Made by a program: the position numbers and the translations under genes. Of a stretch of 64,000 nt of DNA, positions 7,752-17,978 are shown one piece after another; position 1 is the stretch's first letter, and every line of letters starts with the position of its first letter. The stretch is from assembly GCA_016182085.1 (NCBI GenBank), contig JACOYB010000006.1, forward strand, positions 88,980 to 152,979, written 5' to 3'. The stretch comes from Candidatus Magasanikiibacteriota bacterium. GTDB lineage: Bacteria; Patescibacteriota; Patescibacteriia; Magasanikbacterales; GWA2-37-8. The notes beneath the pieces are model-generated. The model did not search any database, was not told the DNA's origin, and saw only the letters and a program-made list of their open reading frames with translations.

Positions 7752-10700
7752 ATGGCGAAAAAAATTATCCAACATGTTTGGAAGAAAAAGATTGTCTATA
7801 TGCTGTCTGTTATGGCAGTGGCAGTAGGCGTAGGTTTTTATGCTTCTTTTTTTATAGGGAGAAGCGCAAGCGCCTTATCTGGCGTAACTTTAGCCGATAA
7901 TGATACTACCGGATTCGGGCTTGATGGCAGGGATTTTTCTATAACTTGGACTCCCGGTGATCAGCCTGCGGGATTTTTATATACCAAAATTTTTATTACC
8001 ACTAATACGGTTAATTTAACCACAAGCACAGCCGAAACTACCGCGTGCGCCGGATCCGCTTGTGTGCCGGTTGGCTATTTTAGCCAGTGGACTAATGCCG
8101 CCCATGTAGCACCTCAGTTTATGGGTACAGATAGTTCGGGTGTTGCCTGGAGAACCAGCACATCGTATGTAGCCTGGGTATTTGCTTCCACTACAGATCC
8201 AAATAATGCTTTATTAGTTTCCTCTACGGTTGTTTCTTATGCTAATACTTTTGATATTGTTTCTGATACAAGTAAACCGCAAATAGATCACAGCCCAGCG
8301 CATGTGGCGACAGCAAATAAAACCGCCTATTTTAATGCCTTTGTATTTGACGATCAGACTTCCGGCGCTAGTTTTGCCAGCACTTCTGTAGGTACAGAAT
8401 ATTTTAGACTGTTTTATACTTCCAGCACTAATCCGTGGTCATCTGTTAATTCCACTACCGGGCAGGCTTATTCCGGAGAATCAGATTTTTATAGTTTTCA
8501 AGTTCCTACCACTTCAATGGGCGCGGCTGGCGCAACATTCAAGTATTATTTAGTAGCCGCTGATGCGACCGGTAATACTCGTTATTTTTGCGCCAATCCA
8601 TCGGCAGCCAGCGCCACGGATTGTCAAAATAATCCCTTTACTCTTACTACCGTGTCAGCTGGATCAAGAACTGTGGGCGGTACTATCACCAGCGGCGGTT
8701 CCGCTTTAGGCAGCGCGTTTGTTTTTGCCGGCGGTTTTGCCAGCTCTTTGCCGGCAGTTCTTACCAATGGAAGTGGTGTTTATTCTCTTACGGCTTTGCC
8801 AAATAACGACGCTTTTGATATTGCCGCGCATAAGGTGGGTTATTGTCGCAGTATGCGTTTTGAAACTATTGGCACTACCGACAAAACCGGCGTGGATATG
8901 AGTTTGGGAAATAGCAGTTGTGGTTTTTATGATCCGGGTATGGGCGGAGGCGCGGGCGGCGCGCCGATGGTAATGTTTTCCGGACCTCCGGAAGGAATGC
9001 AAGGAGTGTCGGTTTCTGAAAGTATCCGTGTTGGTTTTAATCAGCCCATGGACGGAGCGACTATAAACGATACCAATGCCGCCGATAGTGGCAGTAATGT
9101 TTATTTAACTACCGATGATGGTACAACCAAAGTGGCCGGAACGGTAACTTACTGCGCCAGCAATGCTTCCGCCGGCTGTTCATCTTTGTTTTCAATGGAT
9201 AATAATACTATTTTATTTGTACCAAGCAGCACGCTTGCTTCCAGCACTTTTTATACGCTGGTTATTACCAGTGCGGTAAAAGGTCAGGGCGGTCAGTCGG
9301 TGCAAGGAAATGTTTCCGGTGGCGGCCATAAAATATCCTTTGGCACAAGCGGTGGCGCATTAAATATTGGTTCTTTTGGCACAAGCGGACAATTCATGCC
9401 TCCGTATGTAAAATCAATGACTCCGGCTCCAGGTATGACTGTAGGTGGTAACGTAAGTCTGACTGTAGAATTTAGCGAAGCTATGAGTTCGGCTTCAATT
9501 AATCAGACTAACGTCAGATTATTTAATATAACAAATGGGGCTAATACCGAAGTTACTTTGATTGGAAGTAATATTACTTTAGATTCTAACGAACGTCGTT
9601 TTGTAACCATTACTCACAGCGCGTTAAGCGCCGGGACTTACGAAGTCAGAGTTTTGGGTGCAGCAGCCAATGCCAGCGGTATAAGCATGCGTCCGCCCGC
9701 GAACGGTTCTGATATTGCTTTTAAGTCTTCCTTTATTGTGTCTGGTACTGATAACACTGTTCCAACTGTTTATCCTTCATTTGCTTCAGGGACAACTGGC
9801 ATGGCCGTAAATAATGTGTTTACCTTTGGTTTTAATGAACAGTTATTATTTAATACGGTTAATACTACGAATGTAACTTTATCTAGAGGAGCAACATCTG
9901 TGGGTGTCACCGTAAAATATGATTCCGGTTTAAATAATGTATTTGTTGTTCCAAACACCGCTTTGGTGCCAAATACAGTTTATACGTTGGTATTTAGTTC
10001 TTCCGTAACCGATGCGGCCAGCAATCGTTTGCCTACCAGTACCTATACCTATACAACCGGTGGCGGTGATACTGTAATTCCTATTCTTAAAGAAGCGCAA
10101 TGTGATGATTATACCTGTAAATTTTTCTTTACCGAACCAATGAATCACGCTTCACAAGTTGACGGTGCGACGTCTTGGGTGAGCAGCACTTTAAATCATT
10201 TAAGAATATCTCTAACTCAAGGCGGCGCAGATAAAATAGTTACTTCCACCGCCATGGCTTATGATTCAGTTAATTTTGTTATTACGGCCACCGGAGTCGG
10301 TTTAACACCTCTTAATGCAGGTGGCGCCAACTTTAGTGCAACTATTAGCGGCGTTGGAGATCTTTCCGGCAACGTAATGGCTTCTACCGTATTATCCGGG
10401 CCAGTTAAAGATAGTAAAGAAACTTTTGGTAATTTTGGCGGCGGTGGCATGTTTGCTCCTCCTACCACCGGATTCACCGGCGGCACAATTGGCGGTGGAG
10501 AATTCACACCAATGGGCTTTGGTTCCTTTACCGTTGATCAGTTTGCTTTTGGCCAGGCCGATATGGCGTTTCCCTTTAATTCAATGGCCAGCCAAGATGC
10601 GAATGTATTTCAAATAAAGTTTAACCCGGGAGTAGCTGTGGCCGCAGGAGATAAAGTAGTAATCACTTTTCCAGTTGGCACCGATGTTAATAGCGCTGGC

Positions 10701-13700
10701 CTTGATACATTCTCTCCTTTCTACGATGACTTTAATCAGTTTGCGGCAGGAATAGTAACTAGTACGGCGGTGGCAACAGATACCGTGTCTCGTAAAGTTA
10801 CCGTTACCTTGGGTGTTTCTGGTTCTCCCGCGCCTAATGATAGTTTAACCATTGATTTGCGCAAAATAATTAACCCAGCTATTCCAAAAGATCCTTCAAC
10901 TGGTGGTTATACAGTAACGATCCAACTTACAAATAATGCCGGAACTACTGTTAAGGCCAGTAAAACAAGCATGCCATACTTTATTATGGCCGGTGGTACC
11001 AATACTTTAAATGTACAAGTAGTTGCTGGTGTAAATACCAGCACCCCGACTGCTGGTGCCAATGGTACGGTATTCATGCACGGTGGCGGTCCGGCAGGCC
11101 CTATGGATAAAAGTATTACTCTTACCAACGGTGTGATATCAGCCATTGACGGAACATCCGCTACCGGTATTAATTTTACCAATCTACCCAACGGTTGTTA
11201 CTTCCTGGGTACAGATCCGTTTGTTACTTTAGGCACGTTAGATTACTTTGGTCAGATGTCGCCGGAACCAATTTGTCTAAACGGCAGTGTCTCCACCACT
11301 AAGTATATCTTGCTTTCCCCAGCCACTAGCGGTGGCGGTTCGGTAACGGCTACAATTAAATTTTCTGGCATTACCAACTTTAATGGCGCAGATATTGATA
11401 TTTTTGCCGGTGGTCCGGGAAGATTTGTGGTTAAAACTTTATCAGGAGTCACCACTACTTTAGCTGCCGGCTATGATATAAAATTACCTGCCAATGGCCA
11501 GTGGTTTATTGGTGTGGGGCCAGCTATGCCAAAGGGAGCTTCAGGAGGTAAGCCCGTATCCCTTCCTGGCGTGCCACCATCTCCTATAACGTTAGAAGTA
11601 AGTGGTTTAGGCGGTGGTACTCCGACTCTAAGTCGTCCGTCTTCAATGCCGCTCGCTTCAGGCGTGGCGTTTAATGATACTACGGATATAATTACTTTTA
11701 GTTTTGCCACGGCGGATAAAGTAGTTACCGGAACAGTTAAAGATGGTGCCGGAAATGTATTATCAAGCATTGAAGTCTTTATGCATAGACAAGGTTTTGG
11801 CGCGCCTGTATTTGGCATAACCAATGCTTCCGGTACATTTAATTTATCCGTATCCGATTATGGATTATATGAAATAGGCGTGTTCAAAGACGGAATGCCG
11901 CCTTCCTTCAAGCAATTGGAAGTTAAGACAGATGGATCTGATGCCGACAGCAATCCGGATATATTCTTGCAAGGTAAACAAATAACGGGTTCCAATCCTT
12001 TGGTTTTGACTCTGAAAAAAGCTAATTATACAATCTCAGGTAAAGTTTTGGATTCCAGTAATAGTGCGGTAAGCTATGCTCCGGTTTTTGCTTCGGATGG
12101 TTCCGGCAATAGTGTGTTCGGACAAACAGGGTCTGATGGTAGTTATTCAGTATTTGTGGATGCTGGTACTTGGACAATTAGAGCAGAACTTCCTCCAAGC
12201 AAGACAGGTGATACTTGCGGAACATTCTCAAAGACCGTAACAGTAACTACCGAAAGTCAGTCCAGCCAAAATATTACTCCATCAACCGCCACCTGTTACA
12301 CATTAAGCGGAAGCGTGACAGTTGGTTCTGTTAACTTAAGTAATACGCCTATCTTTATTGAGGAGTGGGATGACGGAAGTAACAAGCCGGTACAAGGTGG
12401 TATAAAAAGAGGAACAGTTACAGATTCAAATGGCGCTTATTCAGCAAAAGTTATAGGCAGTAAAACCTACCGTATCGGCACGGTTGATCCTACCTATGGA
12501 GAATTGAGCGCAACTAAAGGGGTGGTGTCATCTGATGCAACTCAAAATATTTCAGTTGCTTCAACAAGCACAGTTAGCTTCGTATTTACTGGTGGAACAG
12601 CTAGTATGAACGGATTTATTGAATTAAAGAATACAAGCGATAAAACAAAGCGCGTGACCAAGCAAGTGACTGGTTTAAATACTACCACCGCACTCACAGT
12701 AGAAGCCTCTGTTACGTACAATTATTTTGTGGATGTATTCGGTGTCGGGAGGTTTACCGGAGAAGTGGTAGCTGGTAATACAGCTACCGTAAATCTCGGT
12801 GTTTCAGCCAATGCATTTATTACGGTTACCGGAACTATTTATAGTAACGAAACCGTATCTTCTACAGTCTTAGCAGGAACACTGGTTACATTCTTTAGTT
12901 CCAGTACTGGCATAACGCAAACTGCCACAGCTAATGCTAGCGGTACGTATAGTATAAATATCAAGGCTGGTACATATGAGGTTTCCGCGGATATTGCCAA
13001 CTATCTTCCTGGCCAAGCAGCTCAAATAACATCCTTTACTACAACTACTCCGGCCTACGACTTTGGTGGCGCAAGTCCAGATCAAGGATCCTTAATTGCT
13101 TCCAACCGTACTATAGAAGGATATGTTAGTAGTTCCGCCGGTGCCACGATTACTGATGGCTATGCCTGGGCAACGAACGCTTCCGGCACAGTCGTAACTG
13201 CAGCCATAGATTCAACCGGACGCTATTCATTGCCTGTAACGGATGGCAGTTGGACAGTAGAAGCTGTAGCAGCCGGTGCGTCCGAGACTACCAAATCTGG
13301 TGCAGTAACTATTTCTGGTTCAGATTCAGCAAATAATAATTTTGCTTTAACAAACGATGGTAGTCGTATAGCTACGTCTACAAGTGGCATAGTAGCAGCC
13401 AGTTCCGGAGGATCGGTTAATGATACAACCGGTACAGGAATTAAGATTTCAGCCGGGCAGGGAGTTTTGGAAACCGGTTCAGGAGATGTCTCAATAAGTT
13501 TAGAAAAAACCTTTACCGCGCCAGATACTAGTGGTTTTGATGCGTTAGCTAATGCAACCTTTAAAATATCTGCAACCGGTGATTCTACAATTAAGGACCT
13601 AAATGGCAACGCCGAAATTCAATTGGATTATTCGGCGATGGTCAGTCAAATCCCAAGCGGAGTTGCCGAGGCTGATTTGAAATTAATGTACTATTCAGCG

Positions 13701-14528
13701 GAAAAAGGAGACTATGTGCCGGTAGAAGGCGGGTTTACAATTGATGCAACCAACAATACTATTACCGGACAGGTAAACCACCTTACCGATTTCGTAATTG
13801 CCTACGATCCTCCAGCAGCTGCAGCCGCAGCCGCAAGCACAGGCAGTTCCGGCACCGCTGCCGGCGGGATGGCTTCGCCTGTACCTGCCGCACAAGCCAC
13901 TACTAGCTCTGTAGTTGTAAATACTGTCACTACCACTGCTTCCACATTGCCAGTCACAAATAAAATAGATAGCTCTAAAGCTTATGGTTCGGCTCCATCC
14001 GTTTCGGTTAAGGTGTTATTTATTCATAACTTGGGAATGGGATCAAAAGGCGAAGAAGTCAGACAGTTGCAAGCTAAACTTAGAGAATTAGGCTTCTTCA
14101 AGCATCCAACCAACACTGGATTATTCGGGCCAGCTACCAAAGCTGCAGTGGTAGCATTCCAAAAGGCACGAGGATTAAAACCTTACCCGGGCACGCTCGG
14201 ACCTGCTACCAGAGCAGCGCTGAATAGTTTGACAGAACCAAGCGAATCTCTAGTAGTTCCGCCAGTATCAACAGACTCAAGTTTGTTGCCGGCAGGATCT
14301 ACGGCAGGAGTATTTGTCAGCGCTTTGAAGCTCGGCTCTAAAGGAGAAGAAGTCAGGCAGCTGCAAGCTAAACTTAGAGAGTTAGGTTTCTTCACTTATC
14401 CTAATGACACGGGGGTATTCGGACCAGCTACCAAAGCGGCAGTTGTAGCCTTCCAAAAGGCGCAGGGATTAAAACCTTATCCGGGCTGGGTTGGTCCAGG
14501 CACGCGCGCCGCGCTAAACAGTCTCTAA
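7752..14528 (+). CDS. giant (2258 aa) cell-surface protein: N-terminal signal anchor, many Ig-like/Big and carboxypeptidase-regulatory-like beta-sandwich repeats, poly-Ala/Thr linker, two C-terminal peptidoglycan-binding (PG_binding_1-like) domains
   Basis: One uninterrupted 6.8-kb ORF. Thr/Ser/Gly/Val-rich beta-strand periodicity. Two C-terminal copies of SKGEEVRQLQAKLRELGFF...G.FGPATKAAV.AFQKA.GL, the three-helix PG-binding fold motif. Confidence 0.8.
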   Translation: MAKKIIQHVWKKKIVYMLSVMAVAVGVGFYASFFIGRSASALSGVTLADNDTTGFGLDGRDFSITWTPGDQPAGFLYTKIFITTNTVNLTTSTAETTACAGSACVPVGYFSQWTNAAHVAPQFMGTDSSGVAWRTSTSYVAWVFASTTDPNNALLVSSTVVSYANTFDIVSDTSKPQIDHSPAHVATANKTAYFNAFVFDDQTSGASFASTSVGTEYFRLFYTSSTNPWSSVNSTTGQAYSGESDFYSFQVPTTSMGAAGATFKYYLVAADATGNTRYFCANPSAASATDCQNNPFTLTTVSAGSRTVGGTITSGGSALGSAFVFAGGFASSLPAVLTNGSGVYSLTALPNNDAFDIAAHKVGYCRSMRFETIGTTDKTGVDMSLGNSSCGFYDPGMGGGAGGAPMVMFSGPPEGMQGVSVSESIRVGFNQPMDGATINDTNAADSGSNVYLTTDDGTTKVAGTVTYCASNASAGCSSLFSMDNNTILFVPSSTLASSTFYTLVITSAVKGQGGQSVQGNVSGGGHKISFGTSGGALNIGSFGTSGQFMPPYVKSMTPAPGMTVGGNVSLTVEFSEAMSSASINQTNVRLFNITNGANTEVTLIGSNITLDSNERRFVTITHSALSAGTYEVRVLGAAANASGISMRPPANGSDIAFKSSFIVSGTDNTVPTVYPSFASGTTGMAVNNVFTFGFNEQLLFNTVNTTNVTLSRGATSVGVTVKYDSGLNNVFVVPNTALVPNTVYTLVFSSSVTDAASNRLPTSTYTYTTGGGDTVIPILKEAQCDDYTCKFFFTEPMNHASQVDGATSWVSSTLNHLRISLTQGGADKIVTSTAMAYDSVNFVITATGVGLTPLNAGGANFSATISGVGDLSGNVMASTVLSGPVKDSKETFGNFGGGGMFAPPTTGFTGGTIGGGEFTPMGFGSFTVDQFAFGQADMAFPFNSMASQDANVFQIKFNPGVAVAAGDKVVITFPVGTDVNSAGLDTFSPFYDDFNQFAAGIVTSTAVATDTVSRKVTVTLGVSGSPAPNDSLTIDLRKIINPAIPKDPSTGGYTVTIQLTNNAGTTVKASKTSMPYFIMAGGTNTLNVQVVAGVNTSTPTAGANGTVFMHGGGPAGPMDKSITLTNGVISAIDGTSATGINFTNLPNGCYFLGTDPFVTLGTLDYFGQMSPEPICLNGSVSTTKYILLSPATSGGGSVTATIKFSGITNFNGADIDIFAGGPGRFVVKTLSGVTTTLAAGYDIKLPANGQWFIGVGPAMPKGASGGKPVSLPGVPPSPITLEVSGLGGGTPTLSRPSSMPLASGVAFNDTTDIITFSFATADKVVTGTVKDGAGNVLSSIEVFMHRQGFGAPVFGITNASGTFNLSVSDYGLYEIGVFKDGMPPSFKQLEVKTDGSDADSNPDIFLQGKQITGSNPLVLTLKKANYTISGKVLDSSNSAVSYAPVFASDGSGNSVFGQTGSDGSYSVFVDAGTWTIRAELPPSKTGDTCGTFSKTVTVTTESQSSQNITPSTATCYTLSGSVTVGSVNLSNTPIFIEEWDDGSNKPVQGGIKRGTVTDSNGAYSAKVIGSKTYRIGTVDPTYGELSATKGVVSSDATQNISVASTSTVSFVFTGGTASMNGFIELKNTSDKTKRVTKQVTGLNTTTALTVEASVTYNYFVDVFGVGRFTGEVVAGNTATVNLGVSANAFITVTGTIYSNETVSSTVLAGTLVTFFSSSTGITQTATANASGTYSINIKAGTYEVSADIANYLPGQAAQITSFTTTTPAYDFGGASPDQGSLIASNRTIEGYVSSSAGATITDGYAWATNASGTVVTAAIDSTGRYSLPVTDGSWTVEAVAAGASETTKSGAVTISGSDSANNNFALTNDGSRIATSTSGIVAASSGGSVNDTTGTGIKISAGQGVLETGSGDVSISLEKTFTAPDTSGFDALANATFKISATGDSTIKDLNGNAEIQLDYSAMVSQIPSGVAEADLKLMYYSAEKGDYVPVEGGFTIDATNNTITGQVNHLTDFVIAYDPPAAAAAAASTGSSGTAAGGMASPVPAAQATTSSVVVNTVTTTASTLPVTNKIDSSKAYGSAPSVSVKVLFIHNLGMGSKGEEVRQLQAKLRELGFFKHPTNTGLFGPATKAAVVAFQKARGLKPYPGTLGPATRAALNSLTEPSESLVVPPVSTDSSLLPAGSTAGVFVSALKLGSKGEEVRQLQAKLRELGFFTYPNDTGVFGPATKAAVVAFQKAQGLKPYPGWVGPGTRAALNSL
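14011..14525 (+). repeat. tandem pair of PG-binding-domain coding modules (copy set 1)
   Basis: The 14080-14230 and 14361-14525 modules are highly similar to each other and to 16209-16360 and 16453-16619 at nucleotide level. Confidence 0.6.
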
Positions 14529-14584
14529 AATATTTTAACTTTTAAAAACCTGAGTTAAAATAGTTCAGCGCCAAGATTTAAAAA

Positions 14585-14615
14585 TATCCCGAACCGGTCG
14601 GGGTATTTTTATTTA
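14585..14615 (+). terminator. terminator hairpin after giant surface protein gene
   Basis: ATCCCGAACCGGTCGGGGTAT hairpin followed by TTTTTATTT. Confidence 0.5.
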
Positions 14616-14744
14616 TTGCAAAAATTATATTTTATAGGTAGTTATCCACAGCAAAAAATTAACGGACAAACCAGAGTGGTGTATAATATATTAAGAAAAT
14701 CTTATTTTTTAATTCCCTAGGTTTAACTAGGGTAAATTTAATTT

Positions 14745-16622
14745 ATGGAATTGTCTTCTCTGCAAAAAAAGATGAGCGCATCCAAAATGTTGGTGCTCGC
14801 TTTTTTAGTCGGACTTTTAAGTCTGATCCTTTTAGTTTTCAATGCCCAAGCTGCGCCAGTGGCGCCAACCGGCACTCCGACCACTACGGTTTTAACAGCA
14901 CAGACTATTATGATCGGCGGTATTACCAGCGGCGCTAGTGACAGCGGTTTAAACTGGTCTTTTGCCACTTCTTTAAATAATGTTACCAGAACAATTGTTA
15001 ATGTAACTACCCCTACCACCACAAAACAATTTACATTTACCGGTTTAGCTACCAACACATTATACTATTTGGCTGTAGCCTCAGGCGATGGCGCGGCCAC
15101 TTCCAGTTATGCTACTTCTTCGGCTGTTTATACCCTAGCTGATACTCCCGGTTCTCCAACTCTTTCCACTGCGGCTGTGCAGGGTTTTAAAGTAACAATT
15201 AATTCTTCCTCCAACCCTTCAAATACTACCTATATTGTTCGTGATACGGTATCCTCCACCCTTACCAAGTACTTGCAATCAGATCAGACATGGGGAAATG
15301 CAACGGCCACATTTACTTATGCCCAACTTGGAGGTTTAAGCGGTACGACTACTGCTGGTTTAGCTACAAATACTTTGCACAGAATTAGTGTCGCAGCGGT
15401 TAATGGCGACGCTGTTACTACCACGTATAGTTCTACAGTTGATTTTTATACCCTTGCCGCAACTCCCGGCACCGCCACAGTTACTTCCAGCGCGGTAACT
15501 ACATTAAATGTTACTGTCAATGCCGGCACTAATCCTACAACCGCTTCCACAACCTTTATAGTAAAAGATACCGGTTCAACATTGCTTTATCTTCAGTCCA
15601 ATGGAACTTGGGGTTCTGCTACGGCTACGCTTACTTATGCCCAACTTGGCTCAGGAAGCGCCACTACGACCACTGGTTTGACTGCCAATACTTTACACAC
15701 TATCAGTGTGGCTGCGGTCAATGGAGACAGTTCTGCTACTACCAGTTATAGCACTGTCGCCAGTTCTTACACGCTCGCCAACACTCCGTCTTCCGTATCT
15801 TTATCAGCGGCGGCAAATGGTTTTAACTTAACTTGGAGCGGGGATGCTACCCAATACTATGTAGAAGATGAAACTGCAGGCTCAAACTCCGGATGGATCA
15901 CCGCAACAACATATTCAGTGGGGGGTATTAATTGCGGAACTTCGCGCACCTTCCGAGTTAAAGGAAGAAATGGAGATACTACAGATACTGCGTTTGCCAC
16001 ATCTGTTAGCGCCACTACCAATGCTTGTGGAGGAGGTGTTGCGGTAGCTGTCCCTGCCACTCCGGCTACACCTGCCACGCCTGCTGTGCCCGGCGTTTCT
16101 CCCGCTGTCCCTGCCACCCCAGCTTCAGTTTCCTTACCGCCTACCGCTTCTCCGGTTGCCGTCTTTGTTCATACTTTGCGCGCAGGTACAAGAGGTGGGG
16201 AAGTTAAACAGCTACAACAAAAACTTAGAGAGTTAGGTTTCTTCAAATATTCTAGCAATACCGGCTTGTTTGGGGCTATTACCAAAGCCGCAGTCGTATC
16301 TTTCCAGAAAGATCAAGGACTAACTCCTTCCGGCGTAGTTGATGCAGCCACACGAGACGCTCTTAATGGAGTAAGCGCTACGGCCCCTCAAGCAGCTGTT
16401 GGTCAGTTTGTAAGTAGTCTCGCTGTTGGTTCCAGAGGCGAGGAAGTAAGAATGTTGCAAGCCAAATTACGAGAATTAGGCTACTTTACTTATCCAACCG
16501 ACACCGGTGTATTTGGCCCCGCTACCCGAGCCGCAGTACAAGCGTTTCAAAGAGCGCAAGGGCTGGCTCCATTTCCAGGATTTGTTGGTCCGGGCACGCG
16601 CGCCGCGTTAAACAATCTCTAA
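14745..16622 (+). CDS. secreted surface protein with four FN3-like ~110-aa repeats, Pro/Ala/Thr linker and two C-terminal PG-binding domains
   Basis: Signal peptide (MELSSLQKKMSASKMLVLAFLVGLLSLILLVFNAQA). Four YTLA.TPG...L..ISVAAVNGD repeats. (ATP)n linker. C-terminal anchor paralogous to that of the giant protein. Confidence 0.75.
   Translation: MELSSLQKKMSASKMLVLAFLVGLLSLILLVFNAQAAPVAPTGTPTTTVLTAQTIMIGGITSGASDSGLNWSFATSLNNVTRTIVNVTTPTTTKQFTFTGLATNTLYYLAVASGDGAATSSYATSSAVYTLADTPGSPTLSTAAVQGFKVTINSSSNPSNTTYIVRDTVSSTLTKYLQSDQTWGNATATFTYAQLGGLSGTTTAGLATNTLHRISVAAVNGDAVTTTYSSTVDFYTLAATPGTATVTSSAVTTLNVTVNAGTNPTTASTTFIVKDTGSTLLYLQSNGTWGSATATLTYAQLGSGSATTTTGLTANTLHTISVAAVNGDSSATTSYSTVASSYTLANTPSSVSLSAAANGFNLTWSGDATQYYVEDETAGSNSGWITATTYSVGGINCGTSRTFRVKGRNGDTTDTAFATSVSATTNACGGGVAVAVPATPATPATPAVPGVSPAVPATPASVSLPPTASPVAVFVHTLRAGTRGGEVKQLQQKLRELGFFKYSSNTGLFGAITKAAVVSFQKDQGLTPSGVVDAATRDALNGVSATAPQAAVGQFVSSLAVGSRGEEVRMLQAKLRELGYFTYPTDTGVFGPATRAAVQAFQRAQGLAPFPGFVGPGTRAALNNL
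16155..16619 (+). repeat. tandem pair of PG-binding-domain coding modules (copy set 2)
   Basis: Shares long identical nucleotide runs (e.g. AAACTTAGAGAGTTAGGTTTCTTCA, GGTCCNGGCACGCGCGCCGCG) with 14011-14525. Confidence 0.6.
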
Positions 16623-16690
16623 AATTCTACACTAAACAAACCAACACTCAGCCATTGTGCTGGGTGTTTTTGTCTGTTATACTCTTAAGC

Positions 16691-17953
16691 ATGACAAAAT
16701 TAACTGTTCACAAACAAAGAATCGGCCCTATTCTTGGCCGTCATCCTTGGGTATTTTCGGGTGCGCTTAAATTTATCCCAGAAGGATTAAAAAGCGGTGA
16801 TCCGGTAATGCTTTTAAATGAAGAAGGGGGTTTTTTGGCTCAAGGATATTTTAATTCTTATTCGCAAATAGCGGTACGGCTTTGGAGTTGGGACGAGCAA
16901 GAGGCGGTGGATGATAAGTTTTTTGAGAAAAGAATTAGCCAGGCATACCAGATAAGAAAAAATTTTGTTGAAAGCAAAAAGACGGATTCATATCGTTTGA
17001 TTTATAGTGAAAATGATTTATTGCCGGGGCTGATTGTAGATAAATATGCTGATTGTTTGGTTTTGCAGTTTCATACGCCTGGAATAGAGTTTTGGAAAGA
17101 CAAAATTGTAAAAGCTTTGGTAAAAATAGTGAAGCCCGACGGTATCTACGAAAGATCCGATGTTCGGGATCGTAAACGTTTTACCAATGTCATCCCGACC
17201 GAAGTGGAGGGATCCCTTAACCTAAACGAAAGGGGTTCTTTAGTAGAACCTCAGAATGACAGGCAGATAGATCGTGGTGGTGTGCTGTACGGCAAAGTAC
17301 CGGAACGCATAAAAATATCTGAAAATGGATACAAGTTTTGGGTGGACGTAATTGGCGGACAAAAAACCGGTTTCTTTTTGGATCAGCGAGACAAGCGACA
17401 GGCGCTTACAAGGTATGTGGATAAAAAGAGTGTCCTTAATTGTTTTTCTTATTCTGGTGGGTTTAGTGTCTATGCGCTTGGAGCCGGTGCCAAGCATGTA
17501 GTAAGCGTAGATGCCTCCGAAAGCGCGCTGGAACTGGCGGTAGAAAATGTAAAACTAAACAAAATGGATGTAAAAAAGTGTGAATTTGTTTGCGCAGACG
17601 TAAAGCAGTATTTGTTTAATGCGCAAGAAGAAAGAAAAAAGTTTGATGTGATAATTTTGGACCCGCCCGCCTTTGTAAAAGACAGGCACAAAGTAAAAGA
17701 AGGTTTAATGGGTTATAAAAAAATAAACGAAATGGCCTTGCGCGCTCTGGATTCCGAAGGGATTTTGGTTTCGGCTTCTTGTTCAGCTCATGTTACTCTG
17801 TCGGATTTTAGGTATATGCTATCTGAATCTGCCGGCCGATCTCGTCGTACTTTGCAGGTTTTGGAAACCTATACTCATGGCATAGACCACCCAGAATTGG
17901 TATCGTTTACCGAGGGAGAATATCTAAAATGCGTGTTTGCCAAAGTGGTTTAG
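16691..17953 (+). CDS. class I SAM-dependent rRNA (cytosine-C5) methyltransferase, RlmI/RlmK-like (PUA + MTase)
   Basis: N-terminal PUA-like region and C-terminal MTase with acidic-residue SAM motifs (ILDPPAF). ORF track start 16655 lies inside the upstream terminator, so ATG 16691 is preferred. Confidence 0.7.
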   Translation: MTKLTVHKQRIGPILGRHPWVFSGALKFIPEGLKSGDPVMLLNEEGGFLAQGYFNSYSQIAVRLWSWDEQEAVDDKFFEKRISQAYQIRKNFVESKKTDSYRLIYSENDLLPGLIVDKYADCLVLQFHTPGIEFWKDKIVKALVKIVKPDGIYERSDVRDRKRFTNVIPTEVEGSLNLNERGSLVEPQNDRQIDRGGVLYGKVPERIKISENGYKFWVDVIGGQKTGFFLDQRDKRQALTRYVDKKSVLNCFSYSGGFSVYALGAGAKHVVSVDASESALELAVENVKLNKMDVKKCEFVCADVKQYLFNAQEERKKFDVIILDPPAFVKDRHKVKEGLMGYKKINEMALRALDSEGILVSASCSAHVTLSDFRYMLSESAGRSRRTLQVLETYTHGIDHPELVSFTEGEYLKCVFAKVV

Positions 17954-17978
17954 TTAGGGTACAATTTTAGTTATAAGT

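Noticed and set aside
8706-14395. Numerous 60-130-aa ORFs on both strands inside the giant surface-protein gene
   Set aside because: All are embedded in one continuous 6.8-kb reading frame with coherent repeat architecture. They are alternative-frame artefacts of Gly/Ala/Thr-rich codons.
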